Shown: piece after piece, positions 44,110 through 57,162 of the stretch
How positions within the stretch are numbered: position 1 is the first letter of the stretch
Layout of the letters: each line of letters starts with the position of its first letter
Origin: Scyliorhinus canicula
Taxonomy: Eukaryota
DNA length: 64,000 nucleotides
Direction of reading: 5' to 3'
NCBI RefSeq assembly: GCF_902713615.1
Contig: NC_052149.1
Location: 232,846,069-232,910,068 of the forward strand
The notes under the pieces: generated by a model
What the model was told of the DNA's origin: nothing
The model's input: only the letters and a program-made list of their open reading frames with translations
The model's database searches: none
Program-made: the position numbers and the translations under genes

Positions 44110-46705
44110 AGGAGATATAGTAGGCCATTCGGCCCATCGAGTCTGCTTTGACATTCAATGGCTGATCTGATGTGATAATCCTCAATTCCACTTTCCCACC
44201 TTATCCCCATAACCCTTCATTCCCTCACTGATTAAAAATCTGTCAATCTCAGCCTTGAGCACACATAACGACCCAACCTCCACAGCTCTCTGCGGTAAAG
44301 AATTCCACAGATTCACTACCCTCTGAGAGAAGAAATTCCTCCTCATCTCGATTTTAAATGGGCAACTCCCTGACTCTGAGATTCTGCCCTCTGGTCCCAG
44401 GCTCTCCCACAAGGGGAAACATCCTCTCAGCATCTCCCCTGTCAAATCCCCTGAGAATCCGATATGTCTCAATAAGGCCGCCTCCCATTCTTCTAAACTC
44501 CAATGAGGACAGGCCCAACCTAATCAACCTTTCCTCATAAGAAAATCCCTCCATACCCGGGATTAACCTAGTGAACCTTCTCTGGACTCCAATACCAGTA
44601 TATTCTTCCTTAGATGGAGGACCAAAACTGTTCACAATATTCCACGTGTGGTCAACTTGTGCCTTGTATAATTTTAGCAGGACTTTCCTATTTTTATACT
44701 CCTTTCTCTTTGAAATAAAGGCCAACATTCCATTTACCGTCCCTATTACCTGCTGAACTTGCATGCTAGCTTTATGTGATATATGCACGAGGACCCCCAG
44801 TCCCTCCGTGCAGCAGCTTCCTGCAGTCTTTCTCCATTTAAACAATATTCAGCTCCTTTATTCTTCCAACTAAAGTGCATCACCTCACATTTTCCTACAT
44901 TATATTCCATCCGCCAACTCTTTGCCCACTCACCTAACCTGTTATATCCCTCTGTAGACTCTTTGTGTCATCCTTAACACTTGCCTTCCCACCGATTTTT
45001 GTGTCACCCACAAACCTGGCAATAGTGCATTTACTTTCCTTGTCCAAGTCATTATTATGTTGTAAATAATTGTGGCCCGAGCACTGATCCCTGTGGCATC
45101 CTCAAAATGCCCCTCTTATTCCAACTCTCCGTCTTACTCTCTGTCTTCTGTCGGTTAGCCAATCCTCTATCTATACTAATATACAACCCCCGATACCGTG
45201 GGCTCTTATTTTATTAACAATTTCCCCATGTCTACCTCATCAACCTCATGTGTGGTTAGCACAATGTCTTCCCAACGCCAGTGTCCCAGGTTCGATTCCT
45301 GCCTTGGGTCACTGTCTGTGCGGAGTCTGCATGTTCTCCCCGTGTCTGTGTGGGTTTCCTTCGGGTGCTCCGGTTTCCTCCCACAGTCCAAAGATGTGCA
45401 GGGGTAGGTGGATTGGCCATGATAAATTGCCCTTAGTGTCCAAAAAAATAAGGTAAGGTGGGGTTACGGGGATAGGAGGAAGTGTGGGGATAGGGTGGGG
45501 GTGTGGGCTTAGGTGGGGTGCTCTTTCCAAGGGCCGGTGCAGACTCGATGGGCCGAATGGCCTCCTTCTGCACTGTAAATTCTGTAAATTGAGTGTCCTT
45601 TTGTGTGGTACCTTATCGAACGCTTTATAGAAATCCAAATATATTACATCTACTGGCACCCCTTCATCTATCCCGCTCGGTAACACCCCAAAGATTTCTA
45701 AGAAATTTGTCAGACATGGTTTCCCCTTCATGAAGCTGTACTGCTCTGCTATTACATCCTTTATAATGGACTCTAATATTTTCCCAATGGCAGATGTTAA
45801 GTTAACTGACCAATAATTGCCTGTTTTTTGTCATTCTCCCCTTTTGAATAATTGTGTTATGTAGGCAGTTTTCCAATCCTCTGGAACTTTTCCATTGTTT
45901 CAGGATTCTTGGAGATTACTACCAGTTCATCCACTATCTCTGTAACTACATCCTTTACTGTCCTTGGATGAAATCCACCAGCTCCAGAGGACCTATCGGA
46001 CTTTAGCCCCATTTGCTTCCCTCGTACCTTTTCTCTAGTGATAGTTGGTGTATTTATTTCCTACACCCCTTTGGTCCCTTGATTATTTAGTATTTTTGGA
46101 ATGCTATTGGTGTCTATCGTGAAGACTGACAACCTCTTCTGCCATTTCCAGGTTTCCCATTATTATTTCCACAGTCTCACTCTCGAAGAGGCCTGTGTTC
46201 ACTTTCGCCTCTCTCTTCCTTTTTATATATTGATAGAAGCTCTTTCTGTCCATTTTTATATTACTTGCTATTTTACCCTCGTAGTTTCTCTTCTCACTGC
46301 TCATTATTTTTTTGATCATCTTTTGTTAGTTTTTAAAACATACCCATTGTCTTGTTTACCACTATCGTTTGCCACATTGAATGTCTTTTCGTTCAGTTTC
46401 ATACTATCTTTAACTTATTGGTTAACTGTGGTCGATTTATCTCCTTCCTAGAATCTTTCTTCCTCGCTGGGATATCTTTGCTGTGAATCATGAGCTATTT
46501 TGATCAATATCTGCCAATGCTGATCAACCGTCTATTCTGCTAAGCTCCTTTCTTAGTCCACTCCAGCCAAATCAGCGCCATTCCTTTGTAATTACCCTTA
46601 TTTGAGTTTAGCACAATGGTTTCTGCCCCAGGTTTCTCACTCTTAAACTGAATGCTAAATTCTACCATGTTATGATCACTGTTTCCTAGCGGATCTTTTT
46701 CTCAG
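44110..46705 (-). mobile_element. Degenerate CR1 LINE with a nested SINE
   Basis: RRNFFSQRVVNLWNSLP, VQRRFTRLIPGM, YLDFYKAFDKVPH remnants. Confidence 0.88.
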
Positions 46706-49700
46706 AGATTGTTTATGAAGGTGGAGAAGAGACTCCTGGTCAGCCAAGCTTGGTGCACAATGATGGCCCTCAACCTGGAGCCTCTGGCATCAGGGAACCA
46801 GGAAAATCTAGCTCTGAAAAGCATGTTGTTTATCTGCCTCAATCATCTCCCGAGGTGGGCAGCCTTCAAATTCTATCCGATCAAATCCTTTCAGAATTAT
46901 AAAGATCTCCAATAGTTTACACTCAGTCTTCCCTTTTCTGGACAAAAGATCTCCAACTTTTACAGTATTTCCCTTTAGGTGCAGCCTCTCAGTTCTTGTA
47001 ATAATAATCTTTATTATTGTCACAATTAGGCTCACATTAACACATTAGCAATTAGCTTACATTAGCAATGAAGTTACGGTGAAAATCCCCTTGTCGCCAC
47101 ACTCCGGCACCTGTTCAGGTACACAGAGGGAGAATTCAGAATGTCCAATTCACCTTTACAAGCACGTCTTTCGGGACTTGTGGGAGGAAACCTGAGCACC
47201 CGGAGGGCAGCACGGTAGCATTGTGGATAGCACAACTGCTTCACAGCTCCAGGGTCCCAGGTTCGATTCCAGCTTGGATCACTGTCTGTGCGGAGTCTGC
47301 ACATCCTCCCCATGTGTGCGTGGGTTTCCTCCGGGTGCTCCAGTTTCCTCCCACAGTCCAAAGATGTACGGGTTAGGTGGATTGGACATGAATAATTGCC
47401 CTTAGTGTCCAAAATTGCCCTTAGTGTTGGGTGGGGTTACTGGGTTATGGGGATAGGGTGGCGGTGTTGACCTTAGGTAGGGTGCTCTTTCCAAGAGCCG
47501 GTGCAGACTCGATGGGCCGAATGGCCTCTTTCTGCACTGTAAATTCTATGAGAAACCCGCGCAGACACAGGGAGAAGGTGCAGACTCTGCACAGACAGTG
47601 ACCCAAGCCGGGAATCGAACCTGCGACCCTGGCACGTGAAGCAACAGTGCTAACCACTGCGCTGCTGTATCAATCTAGTAAATCATTTTTTCCTTCTCCA
47701 GGGCCTCTGTTTCCTTTTTCCAATCTGGAGATCAGAACTGTTAACAGCACTCCGGCTGTGGTCTGACCAAGTCTAACGTAACCTCTTCAGAATGATATCA
47801 GTAGAACATAAAAATGAAGAACAGGTGTGACTTCAGAAAGGCCTCAGGCCTGTGCTGCCAAGGCCTTGTTGGTTCCTTACCTGCCAATTGACCCTGCGAA
47901 TACTCTCTCCGCGCCATAAAGCATTTGGCGTGGGCAGTCGGGCGGGAATGGGCAGCCCGATTTTTGAAAGATAAATTCTTCAAAGGGCAGGATGGAAGGC
48001 GGGGTTCTTTGCGGATTGGAGAGTGGAGGGGGTCCACCTTCGATGGTGCCCCCCTTTCTTTCCACTGTCTGCTACCTTAAACCCACCATGACCACCCCTC
48101 CCCCCCCCCCCCCTCCCCCCCACCCTCCCTGACCTGGACCCATGTCTCAATAGTGACGACTAAATCAAAACCATTGATTGCTATTTGTGTCATTCATTCG
48201 CTTCTATTGTCCTGAATGCTTCACGCCCTCAGGCATAGCGCCTTTAGTTTAAACAAAATCAATACATTTCGAGTACCCAATTATTTTTTTCCCAATGAAG
48301 GGGCAATTTAGCATGGCCAATCCACCTAACCAGCACATATTTGGGCTGTGGGGGTGAGACCCATGCGCACATGAGGAGAATGTGCAAACTCCCCACGGAC
48401 AGTGACCCAGGGCTGGGATCGAACCCGGGTCCTTAGCGCCATGAGGCAACAGTGCTAACCACTGCGCCACCGTGCCGGCCGAACCTTTAATTTTTGACTG
48501 TCTACTTTTTCTTCCCTGACGTAGTCTTACTCACTGATGCCCAATTCCTGTTCCCTTTCCAACAAAATCTACTTGATTTTTGTCCAAATGAAACTCTGCT
48601 CTGAAAACGAGCCCCGGTGTTTAGTCTAGTTGTACAAATTGCCTTATTAACCAAAGTTATTTGTGATCTGTATGCCAGATCTCACTGCTCCTCAACCTCA
48701 TTTTGACGCTTATTTTTCAAAAGATTACGAAGCCTCTGTATTCTGTACTTCCTGACCCGTACCGATATTGAAATTCATTAGCCAGGGATGGTCAGTGGCT
48801 GAGCTGAGTATTCAATGACCTTTCGACCTTGCAACGATTTTTAATGATGAGACTAATTGCTGGTGAATACTGTATCTCAGGACGATATCTGCTCGCGAAA
48901 TTAGGCCCAGTTTGTGCCATGTTGTGTTTGGATGTCATTGCAGATATCATTTCCCAAAGGCCCAGCGATCTGAGTCCAGAAGCTTGGGAAATGAAGCGTG
49001 TATCATTATTCCTCAGTGCAATGTGGAAAGAATGCTTCAGGAATTGGCTGCAGTGATAGTGTGAAGAACTCTTCACAATTACTTTCCAAACAAATATCGA
49101 TTGATGCACTTCATGTGTGAGCACCTAGATATCAGTTGAGGTAATAGATAGATGGGACAAAGGTTAAAGATATAAATAAAGAAAAACTAGTTTGCAAACA
49201 GTATTGAGATAAATCATGTATTTTAGGTGCTGGTTGAAGAACGACTGTTCAGGAGAAGACCCCTACTCATCTGTGCAATAGTAGCTGGGAGATTTTTCAG
49301 AGCAACCTGAAACATCACAAAGGAACGGTTTAGATCTGCAGCTGAGGGACACCTATGATAAACCGAAGGCATCCTCCCAGGACCTAAATTTATAGATAAA
49401 CTTATAGATAACCTGAGCTAGCAGAACGGGATCGCTCCTCATCCAAAAGACGGAACCTCTGGCAGTGCAGAACACCCTCAACACTGCCCAGGAGGGTCAG
49501 CCTTAAAGTTTATCCTCAAGTCTCTGGAGTGGGATTTATATCCAGACTCTTCTGTCTCGGAGGTGAGGCTGTTACCCACTGAAGCACAGCGAACAGCCCG
49601 AGGTGAGTGCTTATAGGAGGTTCCAATGCAGTGAAGGAGTCGAGCAAGGAGCTCAGTTGGAGATTAGAAGGAACAAGAGGGGAAATTTTCAGCCGACCAA

Positions 49701-50377
49701 TTGCCAAAGTACTGTGGATAAAATAGAGAGAGAAAGGGCTGTGACGGTGGGAATTGCGTCGTATTTTGGGCAGCAAGCTAGCGCAGTGGTTAGCACTGTT
49801 GCTTCGCAGCACCAGGGCCCCAGGTTTGATTCGAGCCTTGGGTCACTGCCTGTGCGGAGTCTGCACGTTCTCCCCGTGTGTGCGTGGGTTTCCTCCGGGT
49901 GCTCCGGTTTCCTCCCACAGTCCAACGATGTGCAGGTTGGGTGGATTGGCCGTGATAAATTGCCCCTTAGTGTCCAAAAAGGTTAGGTGGGGTTAGTGGG
50001 TTACGGGGATAGGGTGGAGGTGGGGGCTTAAGTAGGGTGTTCTTTCTAAGGGCCGGTGCAGACTCGATGGGCCGAATGGCCTCCTGCACTGTAAATTCTA
50101 TGATTCTATGGACTCAAACAGGCCATTCAGCCCAGCTGGACCATACCAGCGGGCTGTGGGTTCATCTTGACTATTGCCCATCCAGGTACCGCTAAATCTC
50201 AACGGGACATCGGTAAAGACAGCCAGAGAGTCTCCAGGGGTGGTGCGAAGTGCGACCGGAGGAGAGGATGAGTTCCTCCGGATTGATTGTGAAGAACACC
50301 CTACTTAAGGATTGAGGGCGGGGAAAGGAAAGTGGAGAGAGTGATGTGGAGGATGTGGATCTGAAAGCTGGGCTCAC

Positions 50378-50493
50378 CTCCCCCTTACACACAGACAGTG
50401 TGGTATCTGTGACTTGCAGCAGAACCGACGGCCAGTCGTGTCTATCCACTGAATCCACCAGACTCCTGATCACTCCGTTCACTAGCTTCATTC
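50378..50493 (-). CDS. APBB3: APBB3 PTB2 exon (GMKLVNGVIRSLVDSVDRHDWPSVLLQVTDTTLSVCKGE)
   Basis: tccag|...|gtgagc; 116 nt, phase 1/0; similar to Fe65 GMDVLN..W....L.VSD. Confidence 0.9.
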
Positions 50494-51619
50494 CTGGAAA
50501 TACATCAACATTCAAACAACTGAAATCAATGCAGCAGAAAACGTACCATTAAAAAATTAAATCATGAACTGATGAAAAAAACATTTTTTTAAATGTGACT
50601 ATCCTTATAAAATATGTGCCGGCACAGTCTTGTGAGAAAGTCGTGCCTTAGAATTACACATTGTAAAATAAACAGTCTCTTCAAATTCTGTAGCTTTAAT
50701 ACGTGTCTGTAGCAGTTTAACATTATCATTTAGAATCTAAGTGAATGTTTGTAAGCTTGGTGGGACGGGTACATCCTGCCAAGGTGGGAAGTACCAGAAT
50801 ATCCAGTCCACACTCCCCCTCTCGCATCTTTTGCAGCAAAAAGAGAGATCCAATAAGAGGGACCACCTCAACGCAGGACCCAAGATGCAGGAGAAGCCCG
50901 GACGGGGTACAGAAATCAGAAGAGACTACAAGAGTGCAAAGCAGAACGGCATGGTGGCACAGTGGTTAGCACTGCTGCCTCACAGCGCCGGGTACCTAGA
51001 TTCAATTCCAACCTTGGGTGACTTTCTGTGTGGAGTTTGCACGTTCTCCCCATATCTGCGTGGGTTTCCTCCGGTTTCCTCCCACAGTCCAAAGATGTGC
51101 ATCTGAGGTGGATTGGCCACGGTAAATTACCCCTTATTAGGTGGGGTTACGGGGATAGAGCGGGGAGTTAGGCCTAGGTAGGGTGCTCTTTCAGAGGGCT
51201 GGAGCAGACTCGATGGGGCCGAATGGCCTCCTTCTACACTGTAGGAACTCTACTGTGGAAAGTGAAGCCTACAAGACAAATCCAGTGCAGGAATTTGCAT
51301 GCTCCATTGTCCATATCCTAAACAGGGAAGGATTAGCTGCATTAATTAGACTGTTAGCTGCAATGGAAGAATGTATTGGGTTACAGGGAGAAGGTGGGGG
51401 AATGGCAATAAGGAAATTGCCTATTTGAAGAGAAGCTGCAGACACGTTGGGCTGAATGGTCTCTTACTGTGATTGTGATGACTGTCCAGGTTGCTAAGCA
51501 ACAAATCTTTCCACTTTGCTACAATTAGACTGGCTTGCTCTCAACTTATTTATACGTATGAATTCATAAAATATATACCAATAATATGTAGAACCATACA
51601 ATTCCTTAGGTGCAGAAAA

Positions 51620-53720
51620 AGGTTTCCAATTTAAGACCGAGATGAGGAGGAATTTCTTCTCTCAGAGGGCAGTGAATCTGTGGAATTCTTTACCGCAGAG
51701 AGCTGTAGAGGCCGGGTCGTTCAGTATGTTCAAGACTGAGAGTGACAGATTTTTAATCAGTGAGGAAATCGAGGGTTATGGGGATAAAGCGGGAAAGTGG
51801 AATTGAGGATTATCACATCAGATCAGTCACGATCTCATTGACTGGCAGAGCAGACTCGATGGGCTGAATGGCCTATTCTGCTCCGATGTCTTATGGTCGT
51901 ATAGTGTCTTAATGGCCCAAAAAATAATGAGAGAGAAAGAAGAGTTTGAGAGAAAGCTAGCTAGTAATATAAAAACAAAGAGAAAATGTTTCCACAAGTA
52001 TTTGACTAGGAAAAAGCTAACGTTGGTCCACTGGAGAGAGTATGCGGAATTGCAAATGGAAAACAAAGAAATGGCGGAAGTGTTGAACAGGTATTTTGTG
52101 TCTGTCTTCATGGTAGAGGGCTTAGAAAACTTTCCAAAGACTCTTGAAAATCCAAAAGTGGTAGGGAGGGATGAACTTAACACAATTTGCAGATGACACC
52201 AAATTGGGTGGGAGGGTGAGCTGTGAGGAGGATGCAGAGATCCTTCAGTGTGATTTGGACAAGTTGAGTGAATGGGCAAATGAATGGCAGATGCAGTATC
52301 ATTTGGAGAAAAGCGAGGTTATCCACTTTGGTTGCAAAGACAGGAAGGCAGATTATTATCTGAATGGCCAAAAATTAGGGGAGGGGAATGTGCAATGGGA
52401 CCTGGGTATCCTCCTACACCAGTTGCTGAAGGTAAGCATGCAGGTGCAGCAGGCGGTAAAGAAGGATAATGGTATGTTGGCCTTCATTGTGAGAGGATTC
52501 GAGTACAGAAGCAGGGATGTCTTGCTGCAATTATACAGGGCCTTGGTGAGGCCACACCTGGAATATTGTGCGCAGTTTTGATATCCTTATCTGAGGAAGG
52601 ATGTTCTTGCTCCAGAGGGAGTTCAGAGAAGGTTTACCAGGCTGATTCCTGGGATGGCGGGACTGATGTATGAGGCGAGATTAAATCGGTTAGGATTATA
52701 TTCGCTGGAGTTCAGAAGAATGAGGGGGGGAATCCTCATAGAAACCTATAAAATTCTAACAGGACTGGACAGGGTAGATGCAGGAAGGATGTTCCTGATG
52801 GTGAGGGTGTCCAGAACCAGGGGTCACAGTCTGCGGATACGGGATAGACCATTTAGGACAGAGCTGAGGAGAAATATCTTCACCTAGAGAGTGGTCGGCC
52901 TGTGGAATTCGTTACCACAGGAAGTAGTTGAGGCCAAATCATTGCATGATGTCAAGAAGCAGCTAGATATAGCACTTGGGGAAAAGGGGATCAAAGGATA
53001 TGGGGGAAGATGGATTAGGCTATTGAGTTGGATGATCAGCCATGATCCTAATGGCGGAGCAGGTTCGAAGGGCTGAATGGCCTCCTCCTGCTCCTATTTT
53101 CTGTTTCTATCACCATCGCCAGGGGAAGGGCGCTCGGAAACTATTAAAGCCGAAAGGCTGACAAGCCTCCAGGTCCAGATGGTCTTCATCCTCGATCCTT
53201 ATAAGAAGTAGCGGTACAGATAGCAGATGGATTGTTTATAATCTTCCAAAATTCCTTATATTCTGGAAATAATCCAGTGGATTTGAAAATAGGTAACGTA
53301 ACATCTTTATTTGAGAAAGGAGGAGGCAGAAGGCAGGAATCCATCGTGCATTTAGCCTAAAATCACAGGGTGAGTGTTAGAATCCATTAATAAGGAGATT
53401 ATATCAGGATACTTAGATAATCACAAGTTGATCAGGCAGAGCCAACATGGCTTTGTCATTGGGAATTGCGTTTGATCTGTCTTTTGACAAAGTAACATTC
53501 AAGGCGTATAAAGGGGAACTGGTAGATGTAGTGTACTTGGACTTTCAAAAGTCATTTGATAAGGTACCACAAAAAAAGGGTACGACACAAGATGAGAGCA
53601 CATGGTGTGGTTACACATTAACATAGATAGAGGATTAGATAGCTAACAAGAAGCAGAGAGTAGGGTTAAATGAGTATTTGGAGGATTGGCATGCTGTAAC
53701 TAATTCAGTGACACAGAGAG
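51620..53720 (+). mobile_element. Several CR1 fragments
   Basis: FADDTKLGG, LYRALVRPHLEYC, LWNSLPQ remnants with CR1 3'UTRs. Confidence 0.85.
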
Positions 53721-53939
53721 CAGTTGAAGTGAGCACCTTCAGGAAGGAAGAATCGGGGCAGAAAGGCTGAATAGAACTTGGCACCATTCATGTTTTAAAA
53801 AATTGCTTAAATCAGAAGTTTTTGGTTTGCACGCCAGAGATTATTTCTGCCTCAATTCTCCTGCGTGGACTGACCAGCAATCGATCGTAACGTTCACAAC
53901 GCCGACTTGCAGACGGTTTTCACAAACAGATTTACTCAC

Positions 53940-54023
53940 CCATTGAATTAGCCACAGGGAGAGAGCCAATGTACTGCACGTTGAACCTCTGCACAGACTG
54001 CCTAACTGCCTCCAGGAGATCGA
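53940..54023 (-). CDS. APBB3: APBB3 exon (VDLLEAVRQSVQRFNVQYIGSLPVANSM+G), start of PTB2
   Basis: ttttccag|...|gtgagt; 84 nt, phase 1/1; resembles APBB3 [27 protein letters not shown]. Confidence 0.92.
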
Positions 54024-55614
54024 CTGGAAAAGAAAGGGAGATGGGTAGACACACAGAGTTGCTGTATTCATGCCATCACGGACTGTACCTATAACCTCAT
54101 CCCACAACCCATGTATGCTCTTCGCTCATGTGTCAGCTCTGTCCGTCGCAGGCGTGCCTCTGAGTCGGTGTTCTCAAGTTGTGCTCCAGCACAAAAGCAC
54201 AGGCCGACACTCCGGTGCTGAGGTGCCGTTATCCAGGTGAGGCATTAAAACCAGGATGGGCGCGAACAATCCCGTGGCGCTCTCGCCAGGATCCCGGCCA
54301 ATATTTAATCCCTCAATCACATCACTGAAAACAGATGACCTGATCATTGTCACACTGCTGTTTGTGGGCAAAGTAACTGATGCCTTTCCAACATCACAAC
54401 AATGTCTCGCCTTCAAAAGTATCTCTTTATTGGCTGTAAGACACTTTGGGATATCACGGTGTCACAGTGGTTAGCACCGTTGCTTCCCAGCTCCAGGGTG
54501 CCAGGTTCGATTCCCGTCTTGGGTCACTGTCTGTGGGGAGTCTGCACGTTCTCCCTGTGTCTGCGTGGGTTTCCTCCGGGTGCTCCGGTTTCCTCCCACA
54601 AGACCCAAAAGATGTGCTTGTTAGGTGAATTGGATATTCTGAATTCTCCCTCTGTGTACCCGAACAGGCGCCGGAGTGTGGTGACTAGGGGATTTTCACA
54701 GTAACCTCATTGCAGTGTTAATGTAAGCCTACTTGTGACAATAATAAAGATTATTATTATCTAATGCTTGTGAAAGGCATGATATAAATGCAAGTCTTTA
54801 TTTCCTTTTTAACCCGACCACGTATTTCATCCCACCTATTTATCCCACCGAGCGATCATTCTGTTAAAATATTCTCTGATTTCCAAAGCAATGCTTTAGG
54901 ATTTGTGGCGCTAACAATTATACTCAAAGACGAGAGACAAGTACATCCTTCCTCATGTTTCCACTGTTCCCCTCCAGCTCTTTTTTTGCCTCTCCAGAAC
55001 CTCCCTCCCCAGTCTCAGCCCCAGCCCAGCAGCACAGGAACCATTGTGTCACACGCAGTGTTTGATCATTGTGGCCGTTAACTGTGGCTATATCGCTGGC
55101 GCTGATTCTCAAACAGAGCATCCTCAAGTTCCATCGCTCCACCATTGGCCGTGTCTTCAGTTCCCTGGGGCACCTAAGCTCTGGAATTCCCACCCTAAAC
55201 CTCGCCTCCTCCCTACACCCCCCTCTCCTATAAAACGTGTCTAAAACCAATGGTGGGATTTCCCGGCCATCCTGCAGCGTATTTGCCGCTGCCGACCCAC
55301 CATTGTCCAGCAGCGGGATCTCCCAGGTCCAGGCGAAGTCTACAGGGTTTTACATGCCACACGCCCTCCACCCCCGGGGGAACGTGTCACGGGGGTCGTC
55401 ATCGGTGGGACCTAAAGATCCCGCCGACAGAAAGGGCCGGAGAATTTCGACCCATATCTTTGGTCAAGCTTTGGTCATTTGTCCGAATACGCGTGTCGCC
55501 TGCCCTCTGTTATATATCAATATTTAATCCTTTGACTCCTCAACTCATGCCAACAGTCCGCTTCTGTCTATTCTGTCCCATCCTAAGCACTTCTAATCAC
55601 ATCACCCCATAATA

Positions 55615-55925
55615 GGGGAGGCAGTGGTGTTGTGGTATTGTCGCTGACCCAGTGACCCAGAGTAATGTTCCAGGGACATGGGTTCAAATCCCACAATGGC
55701 AGATGGTGAAATTTGGATTCAATAAAAATCTAATAATGACTGCAAATCAATTATCGTAAACCCCAGACCTTTCACTAATGTCCCGAGGGAAGAAAATCTG
55801 CCGTCCTTAGCTGGTCTGGCATGTGACTCCTGACCCACAGCAATATGGTTGACTCTGAAATGGCCCAGCTCAGTTAAAGGGTGATTAATGCTGCCCCAGC
55901 CAGCGACGCTCACATCCCATATAAA
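55615..55925 (+). mobile_element. tRNA-head SINE of another family; also at about 61385-61750(+), 12217-12365(+), 36325-36500(-)
   Basis: ggttcaaatccc B-box and the shared body gtccttacctggtctggcctacatgtgactccagacccacagcaatgtggttgactct. Confidence 0.65.
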
Positions 55926-56004
55926 AGAGTTTTTTAAAAAATTACATTGTTCCAGCACTGGGGAGAGAGTCCAATTTATTTTCAAGAGCCAGCAGAAGTG
56001 GGCC

Positions 56005-57162
56005 ATTGACAAGGTGCCGCATTGGAGACTGTTAAATAAGTTAGGAGCCATGGTGTTAAGGGTGAGATCCTGGCATGGATACAGGATTGGCTGACTGGCA
56101 GAAGGCAGAGAGTGGGGATAAAGGGGTCTTTTTCAGGATGGCAGCCAGTGACTAGTGATGTGCCTCAGGGGTCGGTGCTGGGACCACAACTTTTCACAAT
56201 ATACATTAATGATCTGGAAGAAGGTACTGAAGGCACTGTTGCTAAGTTTGCAGATGATACAAAGATCTGTAGAGGGACAGGTAGTATTGAGGAAGCAAGG
56301 GAGCTGCAGAAGGACTTAGACAAGCTAGGAGAGTGGGCAATGAAGTGGCAAATGAAATACAATGTGGAAAAGTGTGAGGTTATGCACTTTGGATGGAGAA
56401 ATGGAGGCATAGACTATTTTCTAAATGGGAAGATGCTTAGGAAATCAGAAGCACAAAGGGATTTGGGAGTCCTTGTTCATGATTCTCTTAAGGTTAACGT
56501 GCAGGTTCAGTCGGCAGTTAGGAAGGCAAATGCAATGTTAGCATTCATGTCAAGAGGGTGAGAATACAAGACCAGGGATGTACTTCTGAGGCTGTATAAG
56601 GCTCTGGTCAGACCCCATTTGGAGCATTGTGAGCAGTTTTGGGCCCCGTATCTGAGGAAGGATGTGCTGGCCTTGGAAAGGGTCCAGAGGAGGTTCACAA
56701 GAATGATCCCTGGAATGAAGAACTTGCCGTATGAGGAACGTTTGAGGACTCTGGGTCTGTACTTGTTGAAGTTTAGAAGGATGAAGGGGGATCTTTTTGA
56801 AACTTACAGGTTACTGCGAGGCCTGGATAGTGTGGACGTGGAGAGGATGTTTCCACTTGTAGGAAAAACTAGAAGCAGAGGGCACAATCTCAGACTAAAG
56901 GGACGATCCTTTAAAACAGAGATGAGGAGGAATTCCTTCAGCCAGAGGGTGGTGAATCTGTGGAACTCTTTGCCGCAGAAGGCTGTGGAGGCCAAATCAC
57001 TGAGTGTCATTAAGACAGAGATAGATATGTTCTTGATTAATCAGGGGTTAGGGGGAGAAGGCTGGAGAATGGGGATGAGAAATGTATCAGCCATGATTGA
57101 ATGGCGGAACAGACTCGATGGGCCGAGTGGCCTAATTCTGCTTCTATGTCTTCTGGTCTTAT
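56005..57162 (+). mobile_element. CR1 3' fragment (RT domain to 3'UTR)
   Basis: VPQGSVLGP, FADDTK, VQRRFTRMIPGM; contains an in-frame stop. Confidence 0.92.
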
